DNA of 64,000 bases, taken from the NCBI RefSeq assembly GCF_018350175.1, contig NC_058368.1, positions 194,310,001-194,374,000 on the forward strand. Direction: 5' to 3'. A model generated the notes under the pieces. That model did not search any database and was not told where the DNA came from. It saw only the letters and a program-made list of their open reading frames with translations. This stretch comes from Felis catus (Eukaryota). Positions 40,570 through 51,451 of the stretch are shown here, one piece after another. A program made the translations under genes and the position numbers. How positions within the stretch are numbered: position 1 is the first letter of the stretch; each line of letters opens with the position of its first letter.

Positions 40570-41090
40570 CTATGCTTTGTAACTCAGTAGCTCACTAGCT
40601 TGCAGCTCACTAGCTGCATATGGCTATTTATGTTTAGATTAAAATTCCAGTTGGCCCTTGAACAACTAGGGGGTTAGGGGCTCCTACCCCCTACAATCAA
40701 AACTCTGCTTATTATTTTTGACTCCCCCCAATTTAATTACTAGTAGTTTGTTGTTGACTGGAAGTCTTACTGATAACAAATAGTTAACACATATTTTATA
40801 TCTCATATGTACTATATACTGTATTCTTACAATAAAGCTAGAGGAAAGAAATGTTAAGAAAATCATAAGAAAGAGAAAATACATATACAGGGCTGTCCTG
40901 TAAAACATCCACATATAACTGGACTGGCATAGTTCAAACCTGTATTGTTCAAGGATACATAAAATTACAAATTCAGTTTCTTAATCACACTAGCTATACT
41001 TTAATAATCATAGTAGCTAGTGGGTACCACAATGGACAACACAAATATGGATCATCTCCATCACTGTAGAAAGTTCTATTAGAATAGCTT
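40570..41090. mobile_element. MER3-like hAT element split by Tigger2
   Basis: cactagctgcatatggctattta... and aaattcagtttcttaatcacactagc...catctccatcactgtagaaagttctatt. Confidence 0.75.
40648..40955. mobile_element. Tigger2-derived non-autonomous element
   Basis: Left TIR cagttggcccttgaacaac; right end gttcaaacctgtattgttcaagg; internal tatatactgtattcttacaataaag. Confidence 0.82.
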
Positions 41091-41654
41091 TGTTCTAGAA
41101 AACAAGTTCCTTTAAGGCAAGGCTCACTGTCCATCTTGTTCCCTTTTGTATTCTAATGACCATCACAATGCCTAGACTATCAGAGGTGCTTAAATATTTG
41201 TTGAATCAATGTATAAATGAATGAATTAAAGAAATAATAAAAATATTACTGAATGACTGCTAATAAAGAATCTTAAATTAAGACTAAGAACTAGAATGGA
41301 TAGTTGGGGTAGATTATTTGGAAAGGATTCAAACTCTAGCCCTGAGACAGAGGTTGCCAAAAAACACACTGCGTATGTAATTGTCGGTTGTTCCCTCTCA
41401 CACACTAGAAGATAGTCTCCCTGAGAGCCCGGACTTCTTGTCTACTGCTATATTCTCAGTACCCAGAACAGAGCCTATCTAGGGTGAGAAAACACAGACC
41501 ACTTCGTCCCTTTGCATGTCCTTCCTTTTGTCTATAGAATGACCATTTCATTTTCAGAAAAGGGTACATCCATTTTCCAAATATTTCACTTGTATCACTG
41601 GCCTTCCTACTGCCTTCCCAATTTTCTCTTATTTTATTTCATTTTTATTTTATA

Positions 41655-41866
41655 TATTTTTAAATTTTTTTTTAACATTTATTTTCAAGAGACAGAGTAT
41701 GAGTGGGGAAGGGGCAGAGAGAGAGAGGGAGGCACAGAATCCGAAGCAGGCTCCAGGCTCTGAGCTGTCAGCACAGAGACCGATGTGGGGCCCGAACCCA
41801 CCAACTGTGAGATCATGACCCAAGCTGAAGTCGGACACTCAACCGACTGAGCCACCCAGGAGCCCC
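41655..41866 (-). mobile_element. Can-SINE
   Basis: Full antisense element ending ...gagccacccaggagcccc. Confidence 0.95.
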
Positions 41867-43059
41867 TTGTCTTATTTTTAAAAAGTCTTTTTAAATCTAT
41901 AGATCTCTCTTTTAAATTTATAGGTGTTTCCTTGTTCTTAGTAACTATTTGACACAGGATGTGCTCTTCAGCTCCTGTGGCTTTTTCTTCACTCCTCAGG
42001 CAGAGCCTATGCTTAGCATTTCCTCTTTCAATCAGCATCAGTATCAGGGTGGCTACTTTTAATTCTAACAATTGGCTGTTACCCCAAGCTAACTGTGAAT
42101 GGGTTAAAGTGTTCCTTCTCCAGGAGGATAGGAATCTTTAGCAAGATTTCTTGCAGTGGTCATAATTCTGAATCTTAGTCACCTCTCCAGGGCTCAGCTT
42201 AAACCTCTTCTCCTTCATGAAATCTTTCCTTTTTTCCAGAATTAAACATGAACAGGATTTTGACTTTAGCCTGGGCACGTTTGAAGTAACTCATTTACTT
42301 GTAGCCAGAAGATGTCCAAGCAAAGCACCCCTTTAGTCCATCTAGACCACAGTAATTTCTTTATACTCTTACCTCCCCCCAGCAACCCATCCATTCCTCA
42401 CCTGCAGCACATATTACCATCTATCTTGTACTGTAATGATTTATGCCTGGGTCTTATCTCTATAAGACAGCAATTTGTCTTTATGTATCACCCAGCTTTA
42501 CACAGAATAAGCATTTGAGAAGTGATTTTCACATGAATGAGACAAAGTATCTTGTGTTAGGCCCATGGTTTGGATTTCAAATTCTTAGCTAACAGTATCT
42601 GTGTGTCTGAGACTGAAAATAAAAACACGTGAACTTGATTTGAAATACACAGGACTTAATATAGGATTTAAAAGTTGCCAAAAACTCTGCTCCAATCTAA
42701 ATTTGTATTAATATTAGCTTATTGTCTAATAAGGGAAGTAGGAGAGGCCATTTTCTAGAAAAGGGCCACATTTTTATTGTTTAATGGGTTAGAATGAAGA
42801 TCTTTTTAAGTATGGGGTGAAGAAGCCATTTATGAAATGACGCCCGCAGAAGCAGGAGGGTAGCAAGACAGACAGAAAGGCAGTCAAGGCAGATAGAGGC
42901 TTTTTAAACTAATTATTCCCTCCCCAAATGAGGACACAGATCCAGTCTTTGCTCCAATGTTCATTCTTCTCAATGTTCTGATCTACCTGCTTACTTCTGG
43001 TAATAATACCTAAAATTACAGCATTTGAGACACATACCTTTGAGTTATAGCTTATTTTT

Positions 43060-43278
43060 ATTTTTATTTTTTTTCAACGTTTTTTATTTATTTTTGGGAC
43101 AGAGAGAGACAGAGCATGAACGGGGGAGGGGCAGAGAGAGAGAGGGAAACACAGAATTGGAAACAGGCTCCAGGCTCGGAGCCATCAGCCCAGAGCCTGA
43201 CGCGGGGCTCGAACTCATCGCGAGATCGTGACCTGGCTGAAGTCGGACGCTTAACCGACTGAGCCACCCAGGCGCCCC
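43060..43278 (-). mobile_element. Young felid Can-SINE
   Basis: CpG-rich; perfect TSD gagttatagcttattttt (43042-43059, 43279-43296). Confidence 0.97.
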
Positions 43279-43907
43279 GAGTTATAGCTTATTTTTAAAG
43301 AGATTTTCACACATTATAAAATCTTTTTAAAGGGTTAATATGCAAAACGTAAGATATACATGAATATTTTAGCATGATCCAGTTAAAAAAAAAAAAAAGT
43401 CCACTGGGAAATATAAAACTGGCCCTGTCATATTTGTTAGTGGGATTCTGGTGACTTCTCTCTGTGTTTCAGTTACCTTGTATGAGTAATATATGTACAC
43501 ATGGACATATGTATGTGCATATATATTTTTATGTAAAATATTTAATAGGTACTAGAAAAGGATACAAAGTACAGTTCCCCTTTTCATGGAAAATTAAAAT
43601 AATTAGGCGACTCATAAGATCAACTGATTTATATTTTCTCTTTTGCATATAGGAAACTGTGGCCAAAAGCAGTGATGTCATTTCCTAGAAAATGATTATT
43701 CATTTCCTTTTCCTCTGGTGTAATTTTCCTGCGGGAAACCTATCGTTTTACTAATTCCAGATTATGAGGTTCAGGAGAAATCACACCTGTTCTCCAAATA
43801 ATGAGCCTGTAATCTAAGAACAGGGGAATATATAAAATATTTAATATACAGAACAGCATAAAATAGATGTCAGCCACAGACAACCATAACAACTATAAAG
43901 GCAAGTG

Positions 43908-44919
43908 CAGTAAAACCTTGGTTTAGGAGCATAATTCGGTCCAGAAATATACTTGTAATCCAAAGCACTTATATATCAAAGCAAATTTCCCCATAAGACA
44001 TCATAGAAACTCAGATGATTTATTCCACAACCCCAAAATATTCATATAAAAATAATACTGTAATATAAAACAAAATAACAAAATACAAAATCTAAAGAAA
44101 AATAAACAGATTAACCTGCACTTACCTTTGAAAACTTTAGTGGCTGATGTGAGGGAGACAAAACAGAGGAAGGTTATTGTGTAGGACGACTCTCACTATC
44201 ACTAATGGAATCACTGCTATCTATTGGCTCAATGGAATCTTTTTCTGCCTGGGGACCATTGTGTATGCTCACATGGATGTTGACTACAGAACAGTATTTA
44301 TTTATTTATTTACCTATTTATTTATTTTAAAATTTTCAACATTTTTTAAATTTTCCTTTGTTTTAAATTTACATCCAAGTTAACTAGCATATAGTGCAAC
44401 AACGATTCCAAGGGCAGATTCCTTAATGCCCTTGTCTACAGTACAGTATTAATAAACTCTTGTCATATACTGTATCGAATGTAACTGGCAACAAGGCAGC
44501 CGAGGAAAGGGTCTCGATCTGCAGGCAGCCTGACCCAGAATGAAGCAGAGCATTCCTAAGCTTACTCTTGTATGGAACAGCGGAGGGCTGTCGATAGGTG
44601 CTTTGAAGTGACAAAAAATACACTACTGCCAGTTGTGAGCACTTTCCAACCTTCTGAAAAATCACTGATTTCTGCCAAAACCTGGCCTGAGACTGACCAC
44701 CCGCGCATGGGAGACAGTCACCCACAATTCTGCAGCGAGAGAGACAGAGAGGGAGAGAGAGAGGAGACATTGGCTCAGTTGTGATCACATGACATCTGGT
44801 GTCACACTACTCATATTGCAAGACATCACTCGTTTATCAAGTTAAAGTTTATTAGAAATGTTTGCTTATCTTGTGAAAACACTCACAGAACAAGTTACTC
44901 ACAATCCAAGGTTTTACTG
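43908..44919. mobile_element. TcMar/Tigger-like non-autonomous DNA transposon, family unassigned
   Basis: TIRs cagtaaaaccttggttt (43908) and aatccaaggttttactg (to 44919); CAG termini. Confidence 0.85.
44297..44434 (-). mobile_element. Very short L1-type 3' end inserted in the Tigger-like element
   Basis: (TTTA)n tail + tttacatccaagttaactagcatatagtgc...ccttaatgccc; TSD ctacagaacagta / ctacagtacagta. Confidence 0.8.
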
Positions 44920-45388
44920 ATTAAGGGAGAGACCTCTCTCTCCAAAAGTAAGCTAATTAGGCTGTACATCCCCACTGGCTATAGTGAATGGTTCAGAAAT
45001 GATCCCAAAAGACAAGTCAGACCAAAGAGTGGAAGCTAAGGCCTTTGGAGGATTTACTGGGGAAAGAAATTTTCTCCCTCTTTGGAGGTTTGTTGAATTA
45101 TCACAGTGAAGTAATCTCTAAGTGACCCCAATCTTCAAGTCACCACATAGAAACTAAGAACACCAATACAGAGGAAGGAAGAGCTAAAGAGATGGGAAAA
45201 TATAAGTCCCTTATGATATTGCGTGATTTCTTGATCCATCTGTACCTACAAAATACAACAGGTTTTTACATATGGCTTTGAACTGAAAAGCTAACGGAGA
45301 CTGTTGGGCAGGTCTGTGCCTAAAGTAGGAATGGCAAATAAGCCAATTCTGAAAAATTAGCAGTTCCTGCCAGGAGCACAAAATTGAT

Positions 45389-45486
45389 GGGGGATGGGTG
45401 ATGGGTATTGAGGAGGGCACCTGTTGGGATGAACACTGGGTGTTGTATGGAAACCAATTTGACAATAAATTTCATATTTAAAAAAA
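45389..45486 (+). mobile_element. ~100-bp felid L1 3' terminal insertion
   Basis: gggtgatgggtattgaggagggcacctgttgggatga...aataaatttcatat + A tail; TSD ggagcacaaaattgat / ggaacacaaaattgat. Confidence 0.92.
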
Positions 45487-47599
45487 GGAACACAAAATTG
45501 ATAAGAACTATGAAGTCTCATATGGATCCAATGGAAAAGTATATCATGATCAATTACTGGTGTCTATCATAGTTGTGGAAAGAGAAAGTGGTAGCTTGAG
45601 TGCAATCTACTTATCCTCTCTGACCTAAACCATCCACAACTAATAAAGGCCCGCACTTCTATTTTTCAACTTGTACAAATTTGTGTAAATACTCCCAAAT
45701 ATGTAATTGTATTGGCACTTGGCCATTATTTTAGAGCTAAATAGCAACAAATTGGCTTATTTTGAGACATAACCCTTAAGCTGTGTCAGCCGCATCAACA
45801 GCTACACTTCTATTGACCTCTGCAGGGAAACTTATCTCCCACAATTCCCTTCCAATTAGTACAAGTGAACAGGATGGATGTAAATTGGTAATTTTCACTT
45901 TTAGAGAAAGATGCTCTTTTATTCTTGGAAAAACTAAGTTATAGGAATTAAATTTTTATACCAATCTTCCTTCTTCCCAGTGTCAGCTGTGCATCCTTGT
46001 GCTAATCATTTGGTCTCTCTGAGCTTCAGGTTCTCCAACTGTACCATGGACAGACCTATTAGCTATGGGATGCTCCACTGAAATAATGTATGCAAAAGTG
46101 CTTTGGATATTGAAAAGTGCTATATAAATTATGACTTGTTACTCTGGAGAGATCCCAAATAACACTGAGGGATCTTTTGTTAATTGCAGGCCCCCTAAAG
46201 GTCTATCTATTTCACTTATGATTAAGTGAACTCAATTCCATCATGTAGAGTAAGAACTTTGCTAAGTTCTCACTAACTCACTTGATACCTTCAGCCTTGT
46301 CACCCTGTTGAGCATTATTTCAACCTCCTTCCAGTTAGAGCTCTCTTAACAAACTCTCCACTCTGGTTTGTCTTGATCCCCTACTAGAATAGAACTTGTT
46401 CATGTTGCCATTTTCTAGCCCATATAGCTGACATTCTCCTTATTCCTGTGCAGGCTGTTGACTCTGTCCTTGGTCTATAAACACAGGTTCCAAACTCCTC
46501 AAACCTCTAGCTCTGTTCATCTTCTATTGAATCATCTGAGCAATGTTAGTGAGCTTGATCTTTGCATCGAAACCAATATTTGGGGAGCTGTCATTTTATG
46601 ATCTCCACATTGCTCTCCTTGAGCACTTCTTCTGTTCTAATTATATATTTTTTCTCACTCATATCTTTCCTTTAAAAAAAAAACTACAAAAGTAATAGGT
46701 ACTTTAGGATGTAGATAAGAAAATGAATACCAAGAAAGGCTAATGACAGTGTCTAACATCACAGAGATAGTGATCACAATGGAGAAAGAATTTAAATTCA
46801 GGTGTCATGACTCAAAAGCACACACTCCTTCTGGAGTACCATGCTGCTTTTAAAATCCTCATCAATCTTCCAGTTATCCTCATTCTATATTTCACATCCC
46901 AATTGCCAAAAAAAGCCTATGACAAAATCTGTTCATCATCTGAGAAACAGATACACCATTATTACAAGCACAATTTAAACACTAGTCAGCTTTACTGAAG
47001 TTGAAAATCAGCCTCTGTATCCCAGAAGATCGAAGGACTTTGAACAATAACATTAAGGGAAAGACTGTATTTTTGAATGACTAGTATTACTGCTCCTTCA
47101 ATTAGGACAGAATGAGAATTTTAAACATCTCTATTTTGCTAGTTGGAAATGAATATGCAGGTCAAATTCTTATGGCTCTCCTGGGTTATGTCAAAGATTT
47201 AGAATAGAACTACTCAATTTTGTTCCAAAACTCTGGACTCTGAAAAATCACCAAGTTTAAAATTAGAGAACTCAGAGTTTATTTTCCAACCCCATAATTT
47301 GAGAGAAAGTGAAATTAATATCAAGAAGGTCAAGTGACTTACCTACAATCACCACAGCTAATACTATTCAAAGTGTCAGACTTATAATAGACCATGAAAT
47401 AGCACATATGGATTCCTTGCCTGAGCGCCCAGTAGTGCCTGGTGATGTGATTGACTGATATTCAGCATGAGCTCCTTACATAGTACAGTCTAGTAGTAAG
47501 AAGTTTGGGAACTTGCAGTCCCTGGATCCTATTTCAACTAGGACTGACTGCAGCTAAGTAGTATTTCCACATATCCAAACTTATGCTCTTTCAGTGAAA

Positions 47600-47863
47600 C
47601 TAGCATTTTCCACAGTGTTCCTTAGAGCAGTATTCATGTAGGATGTCAGATAGTAGGTGCTCCACACTTTCAGGAAGTTTGGAAAATACAGTTCAAACAC
47701 ATTTAATTTATTCTCTTTTATACTACCAAATTTCTTGGTGCCTTTATTATGTTAATGAGCTCCTTGGCACGAAGAAATGGCTATATATTACTTCTTAAGC
47801 CTTACTGCACAGTTATTAGCATAACTAAACCAGTGACTCAAGGAATACAGTTTGGGAAACTAT
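47600..47863. mobile_element. Old hAT-Charlie MITE (MER112/113-like)
   Basis: Imperfect inverted ends gcattttccacagtgttcc ... ggaatacagtttgggaaac. Confidence 0.5.
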
Positions 47864-48934
47864 GCCCACTACCTAACCCACATTTGCGGATTAAATGCTA
47901 TACTCCCCAGGCAGGTTTCCTCTTTACCCTTTGCTCCTGTTCTTTAATGAAGCCCTAAACAACAGAGATCTCTGTAATGCAACCAGAGTTTACACAAACC
48001 CAGAGCAAGATAAAAATGCCAGCAAAAAACAGACAAGCAAAACCATGACAAATGGCCTTAGCCTGATATTTTTCTCCCTTCATGTAGCAAAGGATTACTT
48101 CTTGTGGAGTGAATTGAAAGTCTTCTCCACAACAGGCACTTTGGTAAAGGACAGACATGAACCAGAACACCCCATCTTCACAGGCCTTGAGGGCCATCCA
48201 TGGCAGCTACAGAATTTCTACACATTAGAAATTAGAGCCAGTTAGGGGGACAGGATGAATGGGGATTTGGGAAAAGTGAAGTGACTTACTTTGACTTTTG
48301 AGTGCATCACAAAATCATTGCTAGATGGAATTATTTGTTGAGGGGCAAAATTGGGTGGAGGTGAAAGAAATTGTGGAAAGATGACATCCCTGAACCTCCC
48401 CTTGGTTCTGCCATGGGAAGCAGGTCTTGTAACTGGGGAGATACATGACAAAACAGATTATCATACAAAAAAGGAGTGCTCTAAACAAAGACCAGCATAT
48501 TGTGCGCAGGGAGACCAGAACAGTGAATGGACTCTAGGGACATTTTAGTCTACATCTGTAAAGGAAAAAAATATTTCAAATTGCTGCTAGATAGCCATCT
48601 AGCGAAGAGAAAACATGGTACTCTCACTTGTTGCCCTGCCAAAGATGTTGTATAGCACAGTCTCTTTGAATAAAAATAAAAATAACAACGTACTGGATTG
48701 ATTGTTCAGCTGTGTACTTTCAAGACCTCTTTTGATCAGAACTAGACTGGGAATGGAAAATATAAATTCTTATACTGTCAACCCTCCACCAAATGATCCT
48801 AAACAAATCCTGTAATATCTAGGGGACTGTGTTTCTTCACCCATAGGTTGGGAGAGCTGAACTACAATATCAAGTAAACCCATCTTGGCTCTAAAATAAT
48901 ATGATTTCATAATATTCTTCAATGCCTCTTGGGT

Positions 48935-49172
48935 ATATAGTGTAGTGGTTAAAATGATCAGGCTCTGGAGTTTAAATCCCAGCTTTGCCATTTACTGTTT
49001 CTGTGACCTTGAACAAATTACTCCTTATTGGTCTTATTTCCCTAATCTACAAAATAAGGATAATAATAATACCTACCTGGTAAGTTTTAGGGAAGATTAA
49101 ATAAAGTAATGCAATTAGAGTACCCAAGTTAGTTTTTAGCACCTAGTTACAGCTCAATACATAGAAATTATC
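48935..49172 (+). mobile_element. MIR, near full length
   Basis: tatagtgtagtggttaa...tttaaatcccagctttgccatttact...tgtgaccttgaacaa...ataataatacctacct. Confidence 0.85.
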
Positions 49173-49334
49173 ATCCACACTATTACAGTTTTAAGTTTTA
49201 TGCAGAGATTATCCCAATGTCTGGTATATAGTGCTCAATGAACAGGCACTGAACTGGGCACATTACAGGCCTGTGTTTAATCATTAACCTTATTCTCACT
49301 TCTAGGCCTTGTACTATGCAGAACCTTGTTTATC

Positions 49335-49590
49335 CAACATATACATAATGAAATGCCTATTAAGTGCTGGACGCTCTTCTAAATGCTTGAAAAATATTAT
49401 CACTTAATCTTTCCATGACCCTATGAGTGAGGTATTATCTCATTTTATAAATAAGGAAATGGAGGCCAAACAAGGGTAAATAGCATGTCCTAAAGCATGT
49501 GCCAATAACTAGTTTGGGCCAGAGCTAGGATTTGGACCCAGGCAGCCTAGCTCTAGAACCTGTGCTCCCGAACATCGGCAGACACTGTTA
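49335..49590 (-). mobile_element. MIR, near full length
   Basis: cattttataaataaggaaatggaggcc...gagctaggatttggacccaggcag...ctctagaacctgtgctc. Confidence 0.85.
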
Positions 49591-50140
49591 GCCTTGCAAC
49601 TCACTCTTCTCCTGCTTACCCCTTCCAGCATGGCTGACTTTCCCACAGTCCTCCAAACAGGCCAAGAGGCCTGGCTCAGTCACACTGCTATGCTTTCAAT
49701 CTTGCCTTCCTTCCTACCACTTCCCAACTCACCAAGTGACCTCTCCCAGGTCCTGTACTCTATTGATCTTAATCTAAAATATCCTTCAAAACTTGTGACT
49801 TTCTCCCCTACAATGTTGTCAGTTTTTCCTTCCACTCACTCTGTTTTCTGCTGTCTGGCTCAACTCCATTTGCATGCAGAGGGGTCAGGGTAATGGGTCT
49901 TTATATCTTGCGTGTCCAATTCTGCCTACCCCACTAAATTATAATTCCAGGAGAACAGAATCCACAGCATCCTCCTTCATTGAAAGATTGGCTCTCATGG
50001 TTGGGTGTCTGTCTGAAGATAGCCACAGAAAATTCCTTATGACTTGAAACATTAAGATGCATGGCATTTATTTGATCCCCTTTTTTTCCCTTAAGCAAAT
50101 TTGAGAACAAGGAATATGGTATTTGACAAAAGCTAGTGTA

Positions 50141-50159
50141 GAGTGACATCTGGTGGCTA
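50141..50159 (-). promoter_or_regulatory. CTCF-like motif
   Basis: Reverse complement TAGCCACCAGATGTCACTC, in unique sequence. Confidence 0.55.
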
Positions 50160-50822
50160 TTTTTTAAAAGGTTCACAAATATTTTCTGCTCCTTACAGGC
50201 AAAGTTCATTCCTTAAGGGAAAGGTGCCTTATCCATCAAAGCCTGCGTCACAACTAGGCTACCTGCAAAGACAACAGGAAGAATCAAGGCAGAAGAAATC
50301 CCTTTTTTTTTTTAGTCATTTTATTTGAACAGAAATCCTCTATACTCACTAAGTCATAAAGATGTGAAACACCTTCTTCCCTCAGGAGGAGAGACAACTG
50401 GTACCAAGACCCACGTTTAGAGGCAGAGGTTGAAGTTTCCTATTCCAGTCCTTGTTGTTAGCGTCTAGTGAATAGGCAAGCCCCATTTCCCCCTTTGAGC
50501 CTCAGTTACTAGATATATATTTTTTAATACTGGGATTATACTCAAGGTATTCTTCTCTTTATATAAAAGAGCAATCATTCTATAATATATACAATTTCCC
50601 CTAAATTTTAAGTGCCAAGTTGGCAGGTATGGTCTCCTAGTTAAATACCACCTCTTTTACACTAATATTTGAACAAAATGAACCAAAATCAAGTTAAAAG
50701 TACTCTTACAAAAAGTGGCAACAGTAGTACCATTCATACTTGCAAGAGTAGTAATAATAGATAACCCAGGCCATGCCAAGTATTTTTGTATATATACTGC
50801 TTCATACTACTGAATGCCTAAC

Positions 50823-50915
50823 CTGAGAAGGAAGTCATCGGCATCAGATAGTCACAAACTGCACGTTCTGGCCCAGGATGCCATCGAGCAAGACGTGGGG
50901 ACGCACACCAGCCCC
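50823..50915 (-). other. Candidate exon (93 nt, or 114 nt with an upstream acceptor)
   Basis: Minus strand ctacag|GGGGCT...TCTCAG|gttagg; 5 CpG in 93 nt; acceptor weak. Confidence 0.25.
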
Positions 50916-51346
50916 CTGTAGGCTCATCTACCAGCACTGAGGACATCAACTGGACTACAAGCCTTGCCTGCCCTGACTTTACAGTCCTTTCCCTTTTCTC
51001 ACCAACTTATCTGTGTTGTAGAAGATGAAGTGTAAAAGGCAAATTAAGTGGAAAAGCTAACCTGCTATATCCCAGCTTCTCCACCGGAGGCATCCAGACA
51101 AAACCAGGCTCAAACTGGGGCAGAGGAAGGGGGTGAAAAGTCTAAACCCAGAAGCAATATTGACACTGTGACATCAGACTACACAGAAAATTTTTTGCGC
51201 CTGGGAAATGAGACTGTTTATTATTATTGAACATGACAGAAAAAGCTATGAAACCCAAGTACTATCAGGGCCACAGGAAAGAGGCTTGACATCACACAGA
51301 GTGACGGCAACAGTGAGAAAGGATACAGTTGTTCTCTGAGGCTTAC

Positions 51347-51451
51347 CCCGTCCAGTTCATCCAATAAACCATATTTACCATCTTGGACTCGAATAGAAAT
51401 TGTCCGTTTTGAAAGGTGAGTAAGCAAAGGCGACAAACCAGCACAAAACTT
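51347..51451 (-). other. Candidate 105-nt exon
   Basis: Minus strand tctctgccatcctttcag|AAG...GACGGG|gtaagc; two open frames; 4 CpG; unique sequence. Confidence 0.45.

Larger units (their letters stand above)
40010..41230 (+). mobile_element. L2 3' end, host to SINE, MER3 and Tigger2 insertions
   Basis: aaacatgccaggcc...cttcagatctcaagtt; terminal gtgcttaaatatttgttgaat...aatgaatgaat at ~41186-41226. Confidence 0.72.
43700..45290 (+). mobile_element. Old MLT1(J/K)-like LTR, split by the Tigger-like element
   Basis: ccactggctatagtgaatggttcagaaatg, caatacagaggaaggaagagctaaagagatgg, ttcttgatcca; diverged. Confidence 0.5.

Noticed and set aside
48590..48606. Third CTCF-like motif (reverse TTCGCTAGATGGCTA)
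   Set aside because: Mismatches at the conserved CC and terminal positions
50910..50936. LVDEPTGG resembling an ABC Walker B/D-loop
   Set aside because: No signature motif upstream or LD continuation; too short to be significant
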